Source: Paraspadella gotoi
Lineage: Eukaryota > Animalia > Chaetognatha
DNA length: 5,732 bases
Direction of reading: 5' to 3'
Assembly: GCA_051294375.1 (NCBI GenBank)
Contig: JBJCIZ010001105.1
Span: forward strand, 1-5,732
Of this stretch, positions 1 to 5,732 are shown piece after piece. The notes below the pieces were generated by a model. It was not told the DNA's origin. It searched no databases and was given only the letters and a program-made list of their open reading frames with translations. Position 1 is the stretch's first letter, and each line of letters opens with the position of its first letter. Position numbers and translations under genes: made by a program.

Positions 1-28
1 CTCTCTCTCTCTTTCCTTTTTCTCCTCC
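1..28. repeat. (CT)n / polypyrimidine tract, possibly truncated by the window edge
   Basis: ctctctctctctttcctttttctcctcc read directly. Confidence 0.85.
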
Positions 29-630
29 GTTTAAACCGCGCGTGCATTTCAGAAAACAATTCTTTCTTATTTTCTGCTCCATTTCATTTCTTAAGCGTCT
101 CTTAATTATGAAAGGATTTCCTGACGGCGGTGGCGGTGGTGGCAGGCAGGAAAGGGTGGTAGGAGTGGAGAAACGAGAAATCGGGCAATTAAGTATATTT
201 GTGGATAAGGCGCTAAGTGGGCTGAAGATGACTATCCTTAACTTCTTTAACCCCTCTAGTAGCCATGGAACGGGTCCTGGGCTTGGAACCAGGCTTGAGG
301 GTTTTCCACGCCCCCAAGGCGGCTTACGGCCGTCCTCACGCTTCCCGCAGGGTAGGTACCGGGTTCTATCCCAAGCCAGTACCTAGTAGTCATGAGCTGA
401 TGGCTTTATTCAATGAGCCACCGGGTCAGGACTGAAGGTGTCATGCTTATAGGCGGGGTGAACTTATGCTATGCCCGACTACATATTTATTTTTTCAGTA
501 GATTTGATTTGAAACAGGATTTAAACTATCCACATGGATCAAATTTATCATAAAAATATAAATAAAAAACATGATGACTGTAAACTGCTTAGGTTAAAGA
601 ACAATAACAGCATTTTTGTCTTTCGCTTCG

Positions 631-720
631 TTTTTTTCTCCTCTCCTCTCCTCTTCTCTTTTCTACTTTAACCCCACCCAGACCAACCTGCCACTCCCCC
701 TACCCTCCGCCCTACCTCTC
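631..720. repeat. Pyrimidine-rich then C-rich low-complexity tract
   Basis: tttttttctcctctcctctcctcttctcttttc, followed by C-runs at 672-675, 677-679, 696-700, 703-705 and 710-712. Confidence 0.7.
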
Positions 721-1101
721 TATCCCAAGAAATACGGACGCCCGGGGAACGATTGGATTCCATCAACGCAAAACTCGTTATTCAACTTTTATCTTTTGGG
801 AAAGTTGTGGGCAGCCGCTCGTGAGCGTTAAACTTACCCTTCCCTGCCATTTCTTTGCCAGTTGGCGAATTTTGGTATACGTTTGAAAACGTTACCACCA
901 GGTCTTAGTGTTAAAGAAAAGTGTGAGTTTTCCCATGCCGGTCATTTGTTGTCAGCGGTTACATGTTCGGAAGCCAGTGGTTTTAGCTGACGACCGTTGC
1001 GTCTCCGTCTTCGGTCCTTTTCTCGAATTTCCGAGAAATAGTCACTCGGCGGCGGAGAAATTGATGATCGCGGAAGAAGAAAGAACAAGAACAACATCAA
1101 C

Positions 1102-1134
1102 GAGAAATACGGATGGAGAAATACGGATGGAGAA
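1102..1134 (+). repeat. 14-bp tandem direct repeat (GAGAAATACGGATG, ~2.4 copies)
   Basis: Exact copies at 1102-1115 and 1116-1129, plus partial GAGAA at 1130-1134. Confidence 0.9.
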
Positions 1135-1172
1135 CTAGAAACAACAAAGTATAGAGAATAACAAGAAACAAG

Positions 1173-1202
1173 AATAACAATAACAATAACAATAACAATA
1201 AC
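1173..1202 (+). repeat. (AATAAC)5 hexanucleotide microsatellite within an A-rich low-complexity region (~1074-1218)
   Basis: Five perfect AATAAC units, preceded by degenerate AACAAG/AATAAC units. Confidence 0.9.
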
Positions 1203-1245
1203 ACGAAAGGAGAGAGATCATAAAAGTCTCATTATTTCCTTTATG

Positions 1246-1408
1246 CTCATCTCATCATACCTCTCTCTCTCTCTCTCTCTCTCAATCATCTCTCCTCTCT
1301 TCTCCTGAGTGTCTCTCTCTCTCTCTCATCATCTCTCAATTCTCTCTCTCTCTCTGTGTTCGTGTCTATTTCTCTTCTCTCTGATCATCTCCCATCTCTG
1401 CTTTCTTT
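1246..1408. repeat. Degenerate (CT)n microsatellite
   Basis: Perfect (CT)11 from 1261, then further CT runs interrupted by CAT/ATC and GT. Confidence 0.9.
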
Positions 1409-1683
1409 GGGCTGCGGTCCAACGTCCGCATCTACTTGACTCTTGGTCCCAATAACAAATAAATCGGCATCTCGGGCGTGAATAAAAACCATTTTTCATT
1501 ATAGAAGATAAAAAATTAAATATCCCACTTCAGTGAAATATAACTCTAGGAAAAGGGATTTTTTTCTTTCAGATTGGCGACCGAAGACCAAAGATAAATA
1601 TTCGTTTGGGAACGAGAGCCAAAAGCCAAGCGAACGACATAAAGTCGGCAGAAAAAGTGTAGACATATTGGGACCGAAGCCAA
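1405..1683. repeat. Cluster of degenerate TTGGGACCGAAGCCAA-like motifs in inverted arrangement (possible foldback/MITE relic)
   Basis: Minus-strand copies at 1405-1422 and 1441-1454; plus-strand copies at 1574-1593, 1606-1624 and 1668-1683. 1445-1454 is the exact reverse complement of 1666-1675. An AT-rich spacer separates the arms. Confidence 0.5.
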
Positions 1684-2018
1684 CCATTTAAAGCGCATTT
1701 CCATTTAGGTACTATTTTGTTGAAAGGAAAACGGACCGTTTTGTGTTTCTTTTCAAAGCTTGTTCAAAAAAACGTTTGTAAGCTATATTTGTACCTTTAA
1801 TTGATTAGTAGCAATGTTCCGACAGTTTTAACGAAAGCAGCTATCCAAAATTTTCAACAGTCACCAGCGTCTGCACAGAGAATTTCAGCATCGCTTTTGC
1901 AGCATTTAGCACTCAGCAACAAAGAATCAAATTTTTATAAACAAAAAGGAAATTCCGAGAATGAAATACAGACTTGTTGGCGAGGCGGACAATAAGATCC
2001 GGGCCATTCATGCGCCCG

Positions 2019-2184
2019 TCTCTCTCTCTCTCTCTCATCGTTCTGCATCTCTCTCTCGTCTCTTCATCCTCTCTCATCTCATCTATCTGCTACTCTCTCT
2101 TTCCTCTTGCTCTCTTCTCTGCTCCCTCTCTTTTGCGTCTGCCGGTCTCTGCTCTTCTTCTCTCTGCTCTCATCTTCTCTCTCT
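2019..2184. repeat. Degenerate (TC)n microsatellite
   Basis: (TC)9 at 2019-2036, then interrupted TC runs with recurrent TCTGC/TCATC. Confidence 0.9.
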
Positions 2185-2360
2185 GGTCTGCCTCACAAAA
2201 GAATGTTTTTCGAATCAGACCGTCCTCAGTTTATTCATCTATTCCCCCTTTTAAGACCTAAATGCGCCATGCCCATTAACGACGGGCGGAGCGCATGAAA
2301 TTGCAAAGTAACGCAATGAACGACGACACGCTACATAGTTATGAAGGCACGTGGGCGGTG

Positions 2361-2410
2361 GGGAAGAAGTAGTAGAGAGAGAGGAGAGAGAGAGAGTAGA
2401 GAGAGAGAGG
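2361..2410. repeat. Degenerate (GA)n microsatellite
   Basis: gggaagaagtagtagagagagaggagagagagagagtagagagagagagg read directly. Confidence 0.9.
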
Positions 2411-3183
2411 CGGAAAACCAGGGTCAGCGAAGAAAGAAGCTTTCAAAAAAAACCTGGATGCGAGCGAGCGCTGATTGTTAGCGCGTAAGTACTAGCTCTA
2501 GCATTTTTATGGCTAAAGCTTGGCGGTTCGCTGGTTGTATTTTGTACCAGCTCAGGCTTGCATAGTTATTCGTCGTTGTTGTCCTCAGTCGTTAACGGTA
2601 GTTGGCGAGGTGTTTCACTTCGTTTGATTTTACGTTTTTACTTTCGCCGGGCGATTGTTATTTGGGTCGTCGTAAGTGTTTTCAGCCGCGGGACTATGGA
2701 TGGTTCCCAGTAAATTCCGCCATGCGTTTGGACGTTCGCATCATATCTTTTTACATTTGTGCCAAAAAATTAAAAGAAAATTTTGAATGCTGAATTCTTT
2801 CTAAAGATAAGGATCATGAGAGTAGAAAAAAGAGAAATTGAAAAAGCTGTTGACATATTTGAATTCCTCATAATACAAGTGGAAAAAACAGGAACCTCAT
2901 CATCGTCCAGGGGGCTAATGCATTCCTTGCGTCAGCATCATCCCTCGAGTCAGCAATCAACTTACAAGAGCCATCATCTATTCCGCGAAGCGAAATGAAG
3001 AATAGAGAAAATTGCGAGTGAGAAAGAAACTTTTTGATTTCTCCGATCAAACAGATTCGATTCTTATTCTGGCGGCAGGCTGTATATAAAATAATAATAT
3101 GTGAATTATATACTAAGAGATATTATATGTATTATGAAACCTCAATTACGAAATTTGGCTGACTGTGGTCAAGTTTCAAGTCT

Positions 3184-3332
3184 GAGAGAGAAGACGATGA
3201 GAGAGAGAAAGAGGAGAAGAGAGAGGAGAGAGGAGATGAGAGAGAGAGAGAGAGAAGTAGAGAGGGAGGGAGAAGAGTAGAGAAGGAGAGTATGAGAGAG
3301 CAGAAGAGAGTATGAGAGAGAGAAGTAGAGAG

Positions 3333-3367
<35 letters not shown>
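3184..3367. repeat. Long degenerate (GA)n polypurine tract
   Basis: About 184 nt of almost pure A/G, with a perfect (AG)15 from 3337 and recurrent GAGAAGTA and GAGAGTATGAGAGAG subunits. Confidence 0.92.
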
Positions 3368-3368
<1 letters not shown>

Positions 3369-4305
3369 GAGTCGGACTAACGCCTTGTATTTCATTTCTT
3401 CGTTCGTCCTAAATGTTCGTCGTCGGCTAAAACTGCGCGGCGGGGGCACCGAATATTCCATTTATTAAAATTTGTTGGTTGTTGGTGTATTTTTGTCTGT
3501 TAGGTTTTCAACGCTCGTGGTTTTCTGTAGTCATGAGAAGGACTGATCGTGCGCTTTTGGCGCTTTATTCTCAATATGCTGAGCGACTGCGTCACTATAA
3601 TGGTTGTTGTTAATCGTTGGTTTGTGGGTGTCGTCGTTCTTGCTGGTTGATGCGTCGTCATCATTTTCCTTTCTTATGTCCTCAGTAAACATCCGCTCCT
3701 CATCGCGCATTGTGTATATTTCGTTTGTAAGATGCATTTCGTTCGTCCGTCTTTTCCCGCTTTGATCCATCGGCGCGCCATGTGCGTCGCGGTGTCAGTT
3801 CTCTCTTTGTATTGCACTAGCTTGATGAGTGTGCGAGCTTTGAGCTCTTCCCCCGACGGGTCGGTGCCATCCGAATTCGTCCGCGCGCCGTCTGTTTTAT
3901 TTCGGCTCCACGATATGCGGCGCGGCGCTGTTTATTCTTAGGCAAGCGCCTCCCCTGGCCTGGTCCTCGGATCGAGGCGCGTGGACGCCGCTCCACCTCT
4001 TTCAGTAGGCTGTGCGTTTCCCCTGGTGAGGCAACAAAACGCTCTCGCGCGGGAGAAAATCGAGGGGTCTAATGAATTGGTCTAAAAGCGAATAATACAG
4101 AGCGACCAGTGTAGACGACGGAAAATGTTTTGAAAGGGGAATTAGAACCTGCTGCGACTAGACCAGCATTGGTTGTCTAGTAATGCGTTGAGATGGTCTT
4201 TGTCGGTTTTGCGGTTGTCAGTTGTCGGTTGTCGTTTTTTTTTAATTTATATTTTTTAGGTCGTTGAATCCTTAGGCAGATTTTAGAATAACAACGAGAA
4301 GTTAT

Positions 4306-4740
4306 TCGCATAGAGAGGCTGATCAAGTTTAATGTGAGTCGCAATGAAAAATGCTGCAATGTTATACTAATTGAAGGAAGGCTGGTTTTTCTATCAGAGG
4401 CGGCAGGCGCAATGAAGCGCCGGCAGCGGTGTCACCTGTGCGTGGCGACCAGTGCGAGAACAGGCAATGTTCATGCGCTTGTAGTCCAAGCAGGCTTTGG
4501 AATATGGCAAGTAAGGCCTGAGTGTCCTAGCGCGAGGCGGGTTAACGCGAAAGCGCCTCGGTCGGCATCCAGTCACTTTCTAACATGACACGCCGCTGCA
4601 GGTGCTGACAGGGACGCACATATGGGATGGTGGCATTATGTCCACCTCGAGCCACATCACTGAGCGCGCTGCGATAAGAAACAGGCTTTAACTCCATTTT
4701 ACTATGTGCATACAGGACCGGCCGAACCGGCAGAACAGCC
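4306..4740 (+). repeat. Copy A of a diverged head-to-tail direct duplication
   Basis: Colinear exact anchors shared with copy B: CTGGTTTTT 4382/5047, CAGCGGTG 4424/5082, CGTGGCGAC 4441/5113, TGTAGTCCA 4480/5148, ACTTTCTAACATGAC 4575/5233, AAGAAACAG 4676/5404. Boundaries are approximate. Confidence 0.8.
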
Positions 4741-4764
4741 GGCCCCTCGCCAGGAGACTCTCGC

Positions 4765-5460
4765 TCGCATATGAGAGTACGCTGATTAGCTTAGGGGGGG
4801 ATGAAAGCGCGCAATGTGCTCTGTGCGCGCTGAACAAGCTGCCTGCTCTTTCATGTCTGGTGGGCCTGCTTTTGAGTGGCATCTTGCGTAGCTGCAATAG
4901 AAGGACGCACATGAAGGGCTGGAGGAGTATTTATCATGGCCGGTTGGTGTGCGTTGTTCGTCGATCGATCAGCGTCGGGACTCCTCGCGTGTTTCGATTG
5001 CTGCATGTCGGATGCGCGTGTAGCGCCGACCACTTGAAGAGCGGCACTGGTTTTTAGTAAAACAGGGCGCCACACAGCCGCCAGCGGTGCTCAGCCGGCG
5101 GTTGAAGCGCCTCGTGGCGACAGTCTGAGACAGGCTATGTTTCATCGTGTAGTCCAGAGCTATTGGATCTGGGCGTGGAGGGTCACCGGCGGACTCGCCT
5201 AGCAGGGCTATGGTTACGCCGGTCCAATGCATACTTTCTAACATGACCAACCAGTCAGGGCTCGATAGGCGAGGCGGCGCGCTGTGAGTATTTTCCAGTG
5301 ACATGGGCCATGTCGCTACCTATGAAGCTCTTCATAGTGGGACGGTTGGCAACATTTGGCATGGTGTTTCAGTCGCGTACTGAGCCACTGAGGCGCCTGG
5401 TGAAAGAAACAGCCTTTTAATACCATGCTGTGGTGATTAGGACTGGCACGGCTGGGACCG
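4765..5460 (+). repeat. Copy B (longer) of the diverged head-to-tail direct duplication
   Basis: Same anchors as copy A. The putative start TCGCATATGAGAGTACGCTGAT (4765) resembles TCGCATAGAGAGGCTGAT (4306). It carries ~200 nt extra before 5047 and ~70 nt extra between 5247 and 5404. The start is less certain than the 5047-5420 core. Confidence 0.75.
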
Positions 5461-5732
5461 ATACTATTTTGCTCCTCTTCACTTTCGTGTCTTCATTGAT
5501 TGTATGTTTTTTGAGCTCCGCTGGCCATAAATACGTGTTAGCCTTTGTCTTTCTATTACTTTTTTTCGTTACCAGTATGTCACTTTTGTTCGTCCATGCG
5601 TTCTGCGCGTGTTTGTGCAGCGTGTGGCTGGTTACATTGATGTCACTATGCTGGTTGTGCAATGTGTTATTTGTAATACCCGTGCTGCATGTCCTCGAAG
5701 AGTATTGGTTCTTGTTATCGTTCATTGTTATG

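Noticed and set aside
42-386. 114-aa plus-strand ORF with a poly-Gly run
   Set aside because: It starts at GTG, has no recognisable domain, and the poly-Gly comes from a GGC/GGT repeat.
361-387. Helitron-like 3' end (small hairpin then CTAG-T), and a vague 5S rRNA internal-promoter similarity on the minus strand
   Set aside because: The hairpin is only ~3 bp and the 5S similarity is too gapped to support either call.
247-598. piggyBac-like end TTAACCCCT at 247-255
   Set aside because: No matching inverted terminus. The nearest candidate, AGGTTAA near 591-597, matches too little.
1961-2298. Three overlapping Leu/Ser-rich ORFs that look hydrophobic
   Set aside because: They are translations of the TC microsatellite, which lacks stop codons in all frames.
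3132-3461. 109-aa minus-strand Ser/Leu-rich ORF
   Set aside because: It is a product of the GA tract.
2222-3686. GTCCTCAGT occurring three times (2222, 2581, 3678)
   Set aside because: It is only a 9-mer with irregular spacing and no flanking similarity, so it is not a CRISPR array. The last two copies lack hammerhead stems.
3531-3770. 79-aa minus-strand D/N/T/K-rich ORF
   Set aside because: It has no identifiable motif and is explained by strand compositional skew.
3855-3996. Small hairpins at 3855-3881, 3965-3977 and 3981-3996
   Set aside because: Short or GU-rich stems are expected in GC-rich sequence; there is no tRNA, terminator or known ncRNA pattern.
4157-4181. 7-bp inverted repeat ACTAGAC/GTCTAGT
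   Set aside because: It is isolated, has no supporting context, and is within chance expectation.
4334-5304. Several overlapping 60-117 aa ORFs on both strands in the duplicated region
   Set aside because: No frame is conserved between the two repeat copies and no domain is recognisable.
5322-5420. 32-aa peptide containing FGMV...TEPLRRLVKETAF, reminiscent of the Ty3/Gypsy RT-RNase H connection
   Set aside because: The motif spacing is too short, I see no upstream YxDD, and copy A does not preserve it. A frameshift-aware hit to Gypsy pol would be needed to revive it.

Overview
This is non-coding, repeat-rich DNA that looks eukaryotic. I found no credible protein-coding gene, rRNA, tRNA or CRISPR array. 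All ORFs are short (60-117 aa), several simply read through CT/GA low-complexity tracts, and none carries a motif I can confidently assign. The window contains: degenerate (CT)n/(GA)n tracts; short tandem repeats; a cluster of ~17-nt motifs in opposite orientations (1405-1683); a possible diverged inverted duplication (~1928-2190 vs ~3180-3474); and a clear but indel-riddled head-to-tail duplication (~4306-4740 vs ~4765-5460). The second copy of that duplication has extra segments containing a near-miss HDV-like ribozyme fold and twin palindromes. Indel-dominated divergence and adapter-like low-complexity stretches suggest the sequence may be an unpolished long read or assembly artefact. All structural leads are tentative, and the sequence does not establish a new biological system.
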